64,000 nt of DNA from Clostridia bacterium (GCA_017621475.1 JAGATA010000039.1:30108-94107); one strand, 5' to 3'. Positions 8,376 through 18,622 are shown, counted from the first letter of the stretch. The notes: generated by a model from the letters alone, not told the origin. Numbers and translations: made by a program.

Positions 8376-9938
8376 TTAAACTATCGTACACTGAATGGGC
8401 ACGCGTTTTTCGTATTTGTATATATGCTTAAATCCAAGCTCTTTGAGAAGCGCGAGCGTTTCAGGGAAAGCGTTTGCCGCTTTTTCAACGCTATGCTCGT
8501 CGCTTGCGAAAGTGATGAGGTAGCCGCCCATATCACGATACATCTCAATAAATTTGCGTTCGGGAAGAAGTACGTCATATGCACCGCCCACACCAGAAGT
8601 GTTGATCTCCATAGCAATGCCGTGATCAATGATAAATCTGAGGATTTTTTTGATCTTGTCCGCGTAAAGATCAATATCAACATCTTTATGATACTTACCG
8701 TTAATATAGCGAAGCGGTACTGTGAGGTGTGTCATAATATCGCAGGGCATAGTGCTGATAGTTTCCCAAAGCTCGTCGAAGTAAACATCCATAAAATCAA
8801 GGATAGTTTCTTTGTCCCAATCCGTAAAATCAATTATAGAGAACGCATGCGAATCCTTAGGATATCGTACCGTGTGAACGGAGCCAAGAACTACGTCGAA
8901 ATCACACATCGTAATAAGATTATGAACGACCTCCATTCGCCAGATGGCTTCACCGGGTTCTACTCCTGTAAATACATCAAGCTTACCGGCATATTTTTTT
9001 CTCATTGCGAGAGCATCTTTGAATGATGCTATTATATTAGCATACATATCCATCGTACCATAAAGACCGATATCGCAATGATCTGTAAAAGCACATCCGT
9101 TTACGTTGCGTTCAATATTCATTTTGCAAAGTTCATCGGGGTCGGAAACAGCATCATGAGAATTTTTTGTGTGTGAGTGCATATCGGGAATATATCCGAA
9201 GTTTTTATCGTGCTTGAATTTGCCTGTTGTTTCTATAATATCCGCGCAGAGCTCGTTTACAGCATAATCGAACTGCTCATATGTATTGAAATCAGCAGAG
9301 TGGGAAATGCCGAGAAGAGCGTATTTTTTTATTTCCTTGCAAAGCTCTTTGTCGGTGTTAAGGTAAACCCATACGGCAACGGTGCGTTCGCCGGCAAAGC
9401 GCTTGATAAAGGGAAGAACATCCGCGTCAACAAAGCCGTTATAATGTATTTCACAATCCGGAAGAAGGGGACAAAGGTCTTTTATATCTCCCACGGTTTT
9501 AAACGTGAAAATAGGCTTGGCTCCTAACTTTTTTATAATTTCAAGCAAATCTTTTTTTGCCTTTTCAGGGAGTGAAACGAATTTTTCCGATATATTTACG
9601 GTTATATTGTTTTCGGCGGCGAAAGCAAGAACTTTTTCGAAAAGAGGAAGGTTTTCGGCTTTAAATTTAGGTAAAAAAGCCACTCCGAAATCGTAGATAC
9701 GCGCTTCTTCGTATGTAATATCGGCAATATTTACGGTTTCGGAAATTTCTTTTCCGCTGCCTGTGCGCGCTGTACGATTTATTGTTTTATCGTGCAAAAT
9801 AACGATTTTTCCGTCTTTTGTAATGGCGGGATCTACGGAAACAATGTCATAACCTTGGGCGACGGCGTAGCGAAAAGCGCTCATCGTGTTTTCGGGGGCT
9901 TCTGCGCTCACGCCTCTGAATGCTTGGAGTCTTAACAT
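8376..9938 (-). CDS. glycerophosphodiester phosphodiesterase (GDPD) domain fused to a PHP/HisJ-type phosphoesterase domain
   Basis: 520-aa ORF. The N-terminus reads FRGVSAEAPENT...ILHDKTINRT (GDPD). The C-terminal half reads IPDMHSHTKNSHD...FTDHCD (PHP metal ligands). Confidence 0.75.
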   Translation of the reverse strand: MLRLQAFRGVSAEAPENTMSAFRYAVAQGYDIVSVDPAITKDGKIVILHDKTINRTARTGSGKEISETVNIADITYEEARIYDFGVAFLPKFKAENLPLFEKVLAFAAENNITVNISEKFVSLPEKAKKDLLEIIKKLGAKPIFTFKTVGDIKDLCPLLPDCEIHYNGFVDADVLPFIKRFAGERTVAVWVYLNTDKELCKEIKKYALLGISHSADFNTYEQFDYAVNELCADIIETTGKFKHDKNFGYIPDMHSHTKNSHDAVSDPDELCKMNIERNVNGCAFTDHCDIGLYGTMDMYANIIASFKDALAMRKKYAGKLDVFTGVEPGEAIWRMEVVHNLITMCDFDVVLGSVHTVRYPKDSHAFSIIDFTDWDKETILDFMDVYFDELWETISTMPCDIMTHLTVPLRYINGKYHKDVDIDLYADKIKKILRFIIDHGIAMEINTSGVGGAYDVLLPERKFIEMYRDMGGYLITFASDEHSVEKAANAFPETLALLKELGFKHIYKYEKRVPIQCTIV

Positions 9939-10097
9939 AAAAATATTCTCCTTAAAATTTATATATTAATTTATTATATAACAATAAAATAGATTTATCA
10001 AGGAGAAATCGTATAATTTTTAATTTGTGTAATCTTGATAAGTGCTTATATTTATGTTATAATCATAGAAAAGCCATATTATTTAAAAGAGGGTATT

Positions 10098-11408
10098 ATG
10101 ACTGACAAAGAAAAGCGCTCGCTCTATATGAGCAAATATTATGACAATAAATCGGAAATAGACCTTCGCATATCAAACGGCATAGAAAAATACAGAAAAG
10201 GCGAAAAAACGCTTTTCTTTAAAGATTCCGAGGGAAATCCGCTTGCAGGAAAAAAAGTAAAGATAACGCAAAAAAACCATGATTTTAAATACGGTGCGAA
10301 TATTTTTATGCTTGACGAGTTTGGAAAATCGGAGGATAACGCGGAATACCGTCGCTTTTTTAAAGAGTATTTTAATTTCGCAACGCTTCCGTTTTATTGG
10401 AATACGCTTGAGCCGAATGAGGGAAAGATGCGTTTTGAGAAAAACAGCGAAAAAATATATCGCCGTCCCGCACCTGAGCTTTGTATGGAGTATTGCCGAG
10501 AAAATGGGATTACACCAAAGCTACATTGCCTTTATTATGATAAGTTTACGCCGGATTGGTGCGCCGCAGATGATGAAAAAACGCTGCTCTTAAAGCTTGA
10601 AAAGCGTTTTTCGGAAATTGCCGAAAGATATTGCGGCAAAATGTTTGAATTTGAGGTTACAAACGAGCTTTTTGTGGTAAAAGAAAGAAAAACCGTTCTT
10701 GCACGCAAAAGGGGAATTATAAACATTTGCTTTGAGCTTGCGAGAAAGTATTTTCCGAATGAAAAGCTTACGATAAACGAAGCAAACCCGATTCCCGATA
10801 TTGCAAGGCTCGATTACTACAGCCCTTATTTTTTGCAGTGTGAAAATCTTTTAAATCAAGGCGTACCGATAGACAGAATAGGGCTTCAAAATCATCTTTT
10901 TGTGGGCGCAAGCTCACGCACGCCCGAATCCTATGAAGCGCAAATGAGGGAAAGATATTATTGGAACGATCCGTTTATGTATTACCGAGCGCTGGACGTT
11001 ATGGCGGAGCTCGGAAAACCGCTTGAAATAACGGAAGCGACCGTTCCTACCTTCGGTACAAGTGAAGCGGACGAAGAACTTCAAGCCGATATGCTTCGCC
11101 TTTGGGTGTCCATTTGGTTTTCTCATCCTGCGGTGGATGCTTTCGTCTACTGGAATACGATTGATGATTACGCTTATTCTTCTCCCGGTTGGGATGAAAA
11201 TAAATGCCGCGGCGGTCTTTTCCACCACGATCTGACGCCTAAAAAATCAGCTTTAGAGCTTAAAAATCTTTTCTCTAAAGAGTGGTACACGGAATGTGAG
11301 CTTGTTACCGATGCTATGGGAGAGGTTTCTTTCCGTGGATTTTTCGGAGATTATACTGCGGAATGTTGTGGAAAAAAGATAGAGTTCGGAATACACAATG
11401 ATAATTAA
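10098..11408 (+). CDS. GH10-family glycoside hydrolase (xylanase-like), no signal peptide seen
   Basis: FYWNTLEP, VTNE (acid/base) and ITEATV (nucleophile) strings. Start moved to ATG 10098, which has an RBS, rather than the track start at 10035. Confidence 0.7.
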   Translation: MTDKEKRSLYMSKYYDNKSEIDLRISNGIEKYRKGEKTLFFKDSEGNPLAGKKVKITQKNHDFKYGANIFMLDEFGKSEDNAEYRRFFKEYFNFATLPFYWNTLEPNEGKMRFEKNSEKIYRRPAPELCMEYCRENGITPKLHCLYYDKFTPDWCAADDEKTLLLKLEKRFSEIAERYCGKMFEFEVTNELFVVKERKTVLARKRGIINICFELARKYFPNEKLTINEANPIPDIARLDYYSPYFLQCENLLNQGVPIDRIGLQNHLFVGASSRTPESYEAQMRERYYWNDPFMYYRALDVMAELGKPLEITEATVPTFGTSEADEELQADMLRLWVSIWFSHPAVDAFVYWNTIDDYAYSSPGWDENKCRGGLFHHDLTPKKSALELKNLFSKEWYTECELVTDAMGEVSFRGFFGDYTAECCGKKIEFGIHNDN

Positions 11409-11436
11409 AAAATTCGCTCCCAGAGCGAATTTTTTG
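11407..11436 (+). terminator. terminator
   Basis: AATTCGCTC/GAGCGAATT stem followed by a T-run. Confidence 0.6.
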
Positions 11437-11491
11437 GAATCTTGAAAAATATATTTTATATAAATCAGATAACTAAAAGGAGGCATTTTTT

Positions 11492-12109
11492 ATGAAGGTT
11501 TTATTAATAAACGGTAGTCCGCGCATTGGCGGAAACACGTCTGTCGCTCTTGCGGAAATGGAAAAGATTTTTGCGCTTGAAGGCATAGAATACGAAACTG
11601 TGCAAATAGGGCAAAAAAGCATAAGAGGATGTGTTGCCTGCGGCGCTTGCAAAAAACTCGGCAAATGCGTTTTCGAAGATGATGTTAATGAGATTGCGAA
11701 AAAGTTTGAAGAAAGCGATGGTCTTGTTGTTGCAAGCCCTGTGTATTACGCATCTGCCAACGCAACGCTTATTGCGTTGCTGGACCGACTTTTTTACTCT
11801 GCACACTTTGATAAGACCATGAAGGTCGGTGCATCTGTTGCAGTTGCCCGACGCGGCGGCGCATCCGCAACTTTTGACGAGCTTAACAAATATTTTACCA
11901 TAAGCGGTATGCCCATAGCTTCAAGTAAATATTGGAACAGCGTTCACGGCGGCGCTCCGGGGCAGGCACATGAGGATGCCGAAGGGTTACAGACGATGCG
12001 AACCCTTGCAAGAAACATGGCTTTCCTTATAAAGAGCATTTCTCTTGGAAAAGAGAAATACGGTCTTCCCGAAAAAGAAGTTCCCGTTACGACAAGCTTT
12101 GTAAGATAA
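11492..12109 (+). CDS. flavodoxin-like NAD(P)H-dependent FMN reductase / iron-sulfur flavoprotein family
   Basis: 205-aa ORF with MKVLLINGSPRIGGNTS and a CVACGAC motif. Confidence 0.75.
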   Translation: MKVLLINGSPRIGGNTSVALAEMEKIFALEGIEYETVQIGQKSIRGCVACGACKKLGKCVFEDDVNEIAKKFEESDGLVVASPVYYASANATLIALLDRLFYSAHFDKTMKVGASVAVARRGGASATFDELNKYFTISGMPIASSKYWNSVHGGAPGQAHEDAEGLQTMRTLARNMAFLIKSISLGKEKYGLPEKEVPVTTSFVR

Positions 12110-12113
12110 AAAT

Positions 12114-12143
12114 CAAAAAACTCGCTCTGGAAGCGAGTTTTTT
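12114..12143. terminator. bidirectional terminator
   Basis: ACTCGCT/AGCGAGT stem between an A-run and a T-run. Confidence 0.6.
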
Positions 12144-12147
12144 GGTT

Positions 12148-12795
12148 TTATGCCGTTATAATGCGATAAATATCTTCGGCATTTTTTGCAATATGAGTAG
12201 CACCGTTTTCAGAAAGCTCATTGTAACTTCCGAATCCGTAAAGAACGCCTATGGAGTCTATTCCGACGGTGGAGGCACCTACTATATCGTGCATTTTATC
12301 ACCTATCATCAAGACCTTGCTTTTATCCGTCAAATCCATAGAATCCAGCACATAGGATATAACATCTGCTTTTGCGCTGCGCTCGCCGTTTTTGGTTGAA
12401 CCTGCGACAAAATCGAAATATTTATCAAGCGCAAAATGCTCCAAAATTATTTTTGCAAAATATTCATATTTTGAGGTTGCCAAAACAAGCGTTTTCCCTG
12501 CTTGTTTAAGGCGTTTGAAAAGCGTTTCCATATCGGGATACAGTGTGCATTCAAATACACCTTTTTCTGCATAGTATTCGCGGTAAATATCTACAGCCAG
12601 AGCGGCTTTTTCAGCAGAGAAGCCATAAAACAGCTCAAATGATTTATGCAAGGGAGGACCAATAAACCTTTTAAGAGAAGCGCGATTCTCTGCATTTATT
12701 CCGAATTTGGAAAGCGCGTATATAGCGGAATTTATAATGCCTTCCTCTGAATCAATTATCGTTCCGTCAAGGTCAAAAAGTATTGTTTCGTACAT
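12148..12795 (-). CDS. HAD-IA hydrolase (phosphoglycolate phosphatase-like)
   Basis: LFDLDGTIIDS motif I and GDKMHD motif IV. Confidence 0.8.
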   Translation of the reverse strand: MYETILFDLDGTIIDSEEGIINSAIYALSKFGINAENRASLKRFIGPPLHKSFELFYGFSAEKAALAVDIYREYYAEKGVFECTLYPDMETLFKRLKQAGKTLVLATSKYEYFAKIILEHFALDKYFDFVAGSTKNGERSAKADVISYVLDSMDLTDKSKVLMIGDKMHDIVGASTVGIDSIGVLYGFGSYNELSENGATHIAKNAEDIYRIITA

Positions 12796-12806
12796 AAAAA
12801 CCGCCT

Positions 12807-13739
12807 TTATAAATTGTCGCGTTCAGCGTCTTTGCGCTTTTTCTTGCGCACAGAACGAACAATAGCAAATGCCGCTATAATGATGACCACAACCGCTATA
12901 ACCAATATGATAACGGAATCTGAGGAAGATCTTGTAGGGAATACTTCTTCCATGTTTTCGACGACGATGACCGCGGGAATGCTCGTTGCGTTTGTAAAAC
13001 TTTCAAGCGCCGCATTTACTGTGTCTTCCGTCAATGGAATTTTTGTTTTGTTGGTTATGTGTGATTTAACCTGAATATGCTCTTCGTTGCAATCAAAGGA
13101 AGAACCGAGCGACAGTGCTGTGACTTCTTTTTCCATCTGGGACATTACCTGAGCCAGATTTTTATCAAGCGAATATTTATAGGAAGAAGCACTGATGGAA
13201 GATCCCATAGCAATACCGAGGTCGGTCTGGTTATTTCCGAACATATAGTTAATGGGGTCTTTTATGTGATCTCCCAAAAATGCTATGTAATAATAATCAT
13301 AGCAAGTTTCTTCTTCAACAAGGAAAACGATCAAAAGGTTGTCCTCGTATGCTGTGGAAGAACCGAATTCGGCAAGATATTGCGAATTTGCATAATCCTG
13401 AAAAGCGTTCTCGTCATAAATGACGTTGCTTGAGTTTCCTGTATTTGATGTTGGAAAAATAGAAATAAGCGAGTAGAGAATAAAGAAAGCCGCAAACATT
13501 ATCACAATGATAGGGGCAAATAAAGCACCAAGGCAACCGCCTCCTCCGTGATAATGCGGGCCGCGCCCCCAATGATGATGGTGATGATGAAACGGCGGCC
13601 TTCCGCCAAAATGCGGACCGCCAAACCCACCGTGTCGAGGTCCTCCGAATCCACCGCCAAAGCTGCCGCGTCCACCTCCGCCGAAGCTTCCTCCTCTGCC
13701 GCCACCGCCGCCGCGAGAGCCGCCTCCGGGTCCTGGCAT
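12807..13739 (-). CDS. membrane protein with a Gly/Arg/His-rich low-complexity N-terminal tail
   Basis: 310-aa ORF starting MPGPGGGSRGGGGGRGGSFGGGGRG...FHHHHHHWGRGPHYHGGGG, followed by a TM helix, a ~190-aa domain, a C-terminal TM helix and a KKKRK tail. Confidence 0.6.
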   Translation of the reverse strand: MPGPGGGSRGGGGGRGGSFGGGGRGSFGGGFGGPRHGGFGGPHFGGRPPFHHHHHHWGRGPHYHGGGGCLGALFAPIIVIMFAAFFILYSLISIFPTSNTGNSSNVIYDENAFQDYANSQYLAEFGSSTAYEDNLLIVFLVEEETCYDYYYIAFLGDHIKDPINYMFGNNQTDLGIAMGSSISASSYKYSLDKNLAQVMSQMEKEVTALSLGSSFDCNEEHIQVKSHITNKTKIPLTEDTVNAALESFTNATSIPAVIVVENMEEVFPTRSSSDSVIILVIAVVVIIIAAFAIVRSVRKKKRKDAERDNL

Positions 13740-13925
13740 AATACATTCCTCCTTTAAATTTGTTTTTAATTATTATTTTAATTATTATATATTATATTTT
13801 AATGTGTTTGTCAATGTTTTTCTTGAACAAAGCGTTAATTTTAGAAAAAAATCAGCACAACTTGAAAATATTTCTTTGATGTGCTATACTATGAAAATAT
13901 ATTGCAACTGATAGGAATTTTTGAA

Positions 13926-15332
13926 ATGCTGGAAAAAAGATGCTCTTTAAAAGGAAAATTAAAATGGGATATGCTTCCCATCATTTTTGTTTTGGCTTGG
14001 CCGACGATGCTTGAACAGCTTTTGCAAACGGCCGTTCAATATATAGATACAACTATGGTGGGCTCGCTCGGAACTCAAGCCACAGCCGCCGTAGGTTCAA
14101 CAACGACAGTAAACTGGCTTATAGGAAGCTCTGTTTCTGCCGTTGGTGTAGGTTTTCTTGCTTATATCTCGCAGGCATACGGAAAAGGGGATAAAGAAAG
14201 CGCAAAGAAAGCATCCGCGCAATCGGTGCTTGCTGTTTTGATATTGGGTGCATTTTTTACGGCGCTCACTCTTTCTCTTGCAAGATTTGTTCCCATATGG
14301 ATGCAGGTGGATCCCGACATCCAAGAGCTTACCGCAAAATACTTTTTCATCCTCTATCTGCCGATGTTGCCCAGATGTGCGAGCATAATTTTCGGAACGA
14401 TACTGCGCGCCGTTGGGGATACCAAAACACCTATGCGCGTTGGCGTATTGGTGAACATAATAAACGTTGTGTTAAACTTCTTCTTTATCTATCCAACACG
14501 CGAAATCTCGCTCCGGGGGCGGGTTCTTACGATTTACGGAACGGGTTGGGGCGTTATTGGCGCGGCTATTGCGAGTGCGGTTTCATTCCTCGTAGGTGGA
14601 ATTTTAATAACCGTCGTTTTGCTTTGCCATAAGGATATTTCACCGATAGGTTATTCCTTGCGCCCCGATCTTGCGGTGCTTCGTCCTTGCCTTAAAGTGG
14701 CTTTCCCCAATATGCTTCAAAGATTTGGAACGTCTCTCGGGTATGTTGCGTTTGCCTCTATGATAAATTCTTTAGGTGACGTTTCAACGGCGGCGCACAC
14801 CATAGCCAATACCGTTGAATCCGCTTTTTATATTCCCGGATACGGTATGCAAACAGCGGCTGCAACGCTTGCGGGAAACGCCGTTGGTGCTTGCGACAGT
14901 CAGCGTATGCGCGATCTTGCTCGGATGATAATATTTATCGAAGTTATACTTATGATAATATCCGGAGGACTTTTATTTGCCTTTGCTCCGCAAATGATGA
15001 AGCTTTTTTCCAAAAGCAATGAGGTTATATTCATAGGCTCCGTCGTGCTTCGTATGGTTGCGATTTCTGAACCTTTCTACGGCGTTTCCATAGTTATGGA
15101 GGGTATGCTCCAAGGGGCGGGCAAGACTATGATGCCTTTTATATTCAACATTATAGGAATGTGGGGAATACGCATTATAGCCACGTTTATATGCACGCAG
15201 ATATTTTCTTTCGGGCTTGTTGGAGCGTGGGCTTGTATGATAGCGCATAATCTTTGGCTTTTCGCTATGTTTTTGCTATATTATCTGCGAGGAAAATGGA
15301 ATCCGCTTTTGAGAAATGAGGTTGTGGTTTGA
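13926..15332 (+). CDS. MATE-family efflux transporter
   Basis: About 12 TM helices and the PTMLEQLLQTAVQYIDTTMVG start motif. The start is uncertain; the track ORF begins at 13881. Confidence 0.85.
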   Translation: MLEKRCSLKGKLKWDMLPIIFVLAWPTMLEQLLQTAVQYIDTTMVGSLGTQATAAVGSTTTVNWLIGSSVSAVGVGFLAYISQAYGKGDKESAKKASAQSVLAVLILGAFFTALTLSLARFVPIWMQVDPDIQELTAKYFFILYLPMLPRCASIIFGTILRAVGDTKTPMRVGVLVNIINVVLNFFFIYPTREISLRGRVLTIYGTGWGVIGAAIASAVSFLVGGILITVVLLCHKDISPIGYSLRPDLAVLRPCLKVAFPNMLQRFGTSLGYVAFASMINSLGDVSTAAHTIANTVESAFYIPGYGMQTAAATLAGNAVGACDSQRMRDLARMIIFIEVILMIISGGLLFAFAPQMMKLFSKSNEVIFIGSVVLRMVAISEPFYGVSIVMEGMLQGAGKTMMPFIFNIIGMWGIRIIATFICTQIFSFGLVGAWACMIAHNLWLFAMFLLYYLRGKWNPLLRNEVVV

Positions 15333-17416
15333 CTTTTGAAGAATTTGCTGAAAAATATTCCCTATCGCTTACCGCCCAACAGCGAGAGGCTGTGGTGAGA
15401 ACGGAAGGTCCTGCGCTCCTTCTTGCCGTACCCGGAAGCGGTAAAACAACGGTTTTGGTTGCAAAACTCGGGTATATGATACATTGCTGCGGAATACCTG
15501 CAGAAAATATACTTACAATGACTTACACCATAGCGGCAACAGCAGATATGAAAGCGCGTTTTTGCTTGTTTTTTGGTGAAAAATCCGCTTCAGGACTGCA
15601 ATTTCGCACGATCAACGGTGTTTGCGCAAAGATAATACAGAGCTATGAGCGCACGATGGTCAGAACCTCTTTCGAGCTTCTGACCGATGAAAAAGAGATA
15701 GCTCGGCTTCTTTCCTCGATCTATAAAAATGTTACGGGGCAGTTTGCAACGGAAAGCGATATAAAAAATCTGCGTGCGCTTATAACGTACGCGAAGAATA
15801 TGATGCTTTCCGAGGATGAGATAAAAAATCTTGACGAAAAGGAAGAGCATTTTTCCGAAATATACAAAAAATATGCTTCAGAACTGAAAAATCACCATTT
15901 TATGGACTATGACGACCAAATGGTTTATGCATACAGGATATTGCAAAAATATCCGCCCATATTGGAGCGACTCCGAAAGCAATATCCATATATTTGTGTA
16001 GATGAGGCACAGGATACTTCCAAGATACAGCACGCGATAATCTCGCTTCTGGCGGGGAAAAACGGCAATCTTTTTATGGTCGGCGATGAAGATCAGAGCA
16101 TATACGGCTTCCGTGCGGCGTACCCGGAAGCACTCGTGAATTTCGAAAAAGAGCACGAACACGCAAAAGTGCTTCTTATGGAAGAAAATTTCCGTTCAAA
16201 TGCAAAAATAGTGCGTGCGGCGGACAAGTTTATTTCGGCTAATTTTTTCAGACACGCAAAATCAATAAAGCCAGCGCGCGGCGAGGGAAGCGATATAAAA
16301 GAAATAGCTTTGCCGGGAAGAAACGCGCAATACAGCTACCTTTTAAATGTCGCGGAGAATTGCAAAAAAGAAACAGCCGTACTTTACAGAGATAACGAAA
16401 ATGTGCTTCCGATAGTTGACCTTTTGGAAAGAAACAATATTCCTTATAAAATAAAAAATACGGATTACACGTTTTTTTCTCACCGTGTTGTGCAGGATAT
16501 TTCTAATATAATGCTTTTTGCATATGATCCGCGAAACACGGAGCTGTTTTTGCAGATATACTATAAAGTAAGCACTTATCTTAACAAAGCTTCCGCACTT
16601 GCCGCCTGCGAAATAAGCGCAAGAACGGGTATTCCCGTGCTTGATGCGGCGCTGATGCACGGAAATCTCACAACGGGTACGGAAAAGAGCTGTAGAGAAA
16701 TAAAAGCGCATTTGGATAGCCTTGTAACGGAGCGCGCGGATAACGCCGTTTTCAGAATAGCGCATCACATGGGCTATAACGATTATTTGGGAAGAATGGG
16801 CATAAGCACAAATAAAGTTTCCATTCTTGAATCTATCGGCGCGGGGCAGGAAAATGCTGCGGCACTCCTTAAAAGACTTACCGAGCTTTGTGAAATACTT
16901 AAAGAAAAACGCCCTTGCGGGGAGAATTTCATTCTTTCCACGATACATTCAAGTAAGGGCTTGGAATACGATAGCGTTTATATGCTGGATGTTTGCGACG
17001 GTATCTTTCCCGAAACCGTTATAAAGGACAGAAAAAACGCTTCAAAGGACGATATAAAAGCTTACGAGGAAGAAAGAAGGCTTTTTTATGTTGGTATCAC
17101 TCGTGCCAAAAACGAGCTTTCCATATTCACGTTCGGTTCGGGAAAATCGATTTTTTCCGATGAGCTGTTTAGCAAAAATACTTCTGTGCGTAGCTTTGGA
17201 AAAAACGGAAATTCCGCTTCTGAAGCCGCTTTTTCCAAAAAAGAGTATGAAGATTTCTGTGATCGTTTTTATAAAGGAGTAGCTATTTCTCATAAGATTT
17301 TCGGGCGCGGCAAGGTCATCTCCCGTGAGGATGATATCGTGAATGTGATATTTGACAGCGGGGCTGTGAAGAAGCTCTCTCTTCGTTTCCTTCTGGAGCG
17401 CGGACTTTTAAAATAA
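15329..17416 (+). CDS. UvrD/PcrA/Rep-family ATP-dependent DNA helicase
   Basis: Walker A AVPGSGKTT and motif II VDEAQDTS. The C-terminus carries a FGRGKV small domain. The TTG start overlaps the MATE stop. Confidence 0.85.
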   Translation: MTFEEFAEKYSLSLTAQQREAVVRTEGPALLLAVPGSGKTTVLVAKLGYMIHCCGIPAENILTMTYTIAATADMKARFCLFFGEKSASGLQFRTINGVCAKIIQSYERTMVRTSFELLTDEKEIARLLSSIYKNVTGQFATESDIKNLRALITYAKNMMLSEDEIKNLDEKEEHFSEIYKKYASELKNHHFMDYDDQMVYAYRILQKYPPILERLRKQYPYICVDEAQDTSKIQHAIISLLAGKNGNLFMVGDEDQSIYGFRAAYPEALVNFEKEHEHAKVLLMEENFRSNAKIVRAADKFISANFFRHAKSIKPARGEGSDIKEIALPGRNAQYSYLLNVAENCKKETAVLYRDNENVLPIVDLLERNNIPYKIKNTDYTFFSHRVVQDISNIMLFAYDPRNTELFLQIYYKVSTYLNKASALAACEISARTGIPVLDAALMHGNLTTGTEKSCREIKAHLDSLVTERADNAVFRIAHHMGYNDYLGRMGISTNKVSILESIGAGQENAAALLKRLTELCEILKEKRPCGENFILSTIHSSKGLEYDSVYMLDVCDGIFPETVIKDRKNASKDDIKAYEEERRLFYVGITRAKNELSIFTFGSGKSIFSDELFSKNTSVRSFGKNGNSASEAAFSKKEYEDFCDRFYKGVAISHKIFGRGKVISREDDIVNVIFDSGAVKKLSLRFLLERGLLK

Positions 17417-17478
17417 GAAACGCTGTTTAATATTTTTCAAATTTATTTAATATTCAGAATATTTTTTGTATTTTCCTG

Positions 17479-17507
17479 TTGAAAGATCGTCCAAAATATA
17501 CTATAAT
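17479..17507 (+). promoter_or_regulatory. sigma-A-type promoter for uxuA-eda-kdgK
   Basis: TTGAAA, 17 nt spacer, TATAAT. Confidence 0.5.
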
Positions 17508-17516
17508 TAAGATGTA

Positions 17517-17532
17517 TGTAAAATCTATTACA
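17517..17532. promoter_or_regulatory. possible operator (imperfect palindrome)
   Basis: TGTAAAATCTATTACA has 6 of 8 symmetric pairs and sits just downstream of the -10. Confidence 0.3.
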
Positions 17533-17569
17533 ATGCGCTATTGCGTTATTTTGAATGGAGGAATTAAAA

Positions 17570-18622
17570 ATGAATATGAAAATGTCTTTCCGCTGGTATG
17601 GCGAGAGCGACCCCATTTCCTTGGAATACATTTCCCAAATTCCCGGAATGCGTTCTATCGTTTCTGCGGTTTATGATGTAAAGCCCGGCGAGGTTTGGCC
17701 CGAAGAAAGCCTTGCAAAGATGAAAGCACAGTGTGAAGCTCACGGCCTTGTTTTTGATGTAGTTGAGTCTATTCCCGTACACGAGAATATCAAACTCGGC
17801 AGAGGAAATGTTGACCATCTTCTCGACGTTTATTGCGAAAATGTGCGCCGTTGCGCAAAATACGGCGTTAAGTGTATAACATACAACTTCATGCCTGTTT
17901 TCGACTGGACTCGTACACAGCTTGATAAAAAAGCACCCGACGGCTCCACAAGCCTTGTTATGTATTGGGATCAGATGAGAGGACTCGACCCTCTTAAAGA
18001 TGATATTCATCTTCCGGGCTGGGATTCCAGCTATACGCAGGAGGAAGTTCGCGAACTTATCACGGCGTACGGCGAACTTGGTGAAGAAGGCCTTTGGAAG
18101 AACCTTGAAAAATTCCTTAAGAAGGTTATCCCTGTTGCGGAAGAATGCGGTGTAAGAATGGCTATCCATCCCGATGATCCGCCGTATCCGATTTTCGGCC
18201 TTCCTCGCATTATCACCTGCGAAGCAAATCTTGACAGATTTTTGAAACTTGTTGACAGTCCCGCAAACAGCCTTTGCCTCTGCACAGGCAGCCTTGGCTG
18301 TGCGAAAACAAACGACGTTGTCGCTATGGTTCGCAAATATGCGGCTATGGACAGAATCGCATTTATGCATATGAGAAACATTATGATTATGGAAGATGGT
18401 TCTTTTGAGGAACGTGCTCACCTTTCTTCCTGCGGTTCTCTCGATATGTTTGAGGTTACAAAAGCGCTTGTTGACAACGGATTTTCTTGGTACGTTCGTC
18501 CCGACCACGGCAGAATGGTTTGGGGTGAGACAGGTAAACCCGGTTACGGTCTTTTCGACCGTGCGCTTGGCGCAACATATATCAACGGTCTTTTTGAAGC
18601 CTGCGAAAAACTTGCAAAATAA
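17570..18622 (+). CDS. uxuA: mannonate dehydratase
   Basis: MNMKMSFRWYGESDP start is typical of UxuA. GGAGG RBS upstream. Confidence 0.9.
   Translation: MNMKMSFRWYGESDPISLEYISQIPGMRSIVSAVYDVKPGEVWPEESLAKMKAQCEAHGLVFDVVESIPVHENIKLGRGNVDHLLDVYCENVRRCAKYGVKCITYNFMPVFDWTRTQLDKKAPDGSTSLVMYWDQMRGLDPLKDDIHLPGWDSSYTQEEVRELITAYGELGEEGLWKNLEKFLKKVIPVAEECGVRMAIHPDDPPYPIFGLPRIITCEANLDRFLKLVDSPANSLCLCTGSLGCAKTNDVVAMVRKYAAMDRIAFMHMRNIMIMEDGSFEERAHLSSCGSLDMFEVTKALVDNGFSWYVRPDHGRMVWGETGKPGYGLFDRALGATYINGLFEACEKLAK

Noticed and set aside
13414-13757. Three overlapping Arg/Ala-rich ORFs (13414..13746, 13502..13705, 13548..13757).
   Set aside because: They are alternative frames of the GC-rich low-complexity segment that encodes the Gly/His tail of 12807..13739.
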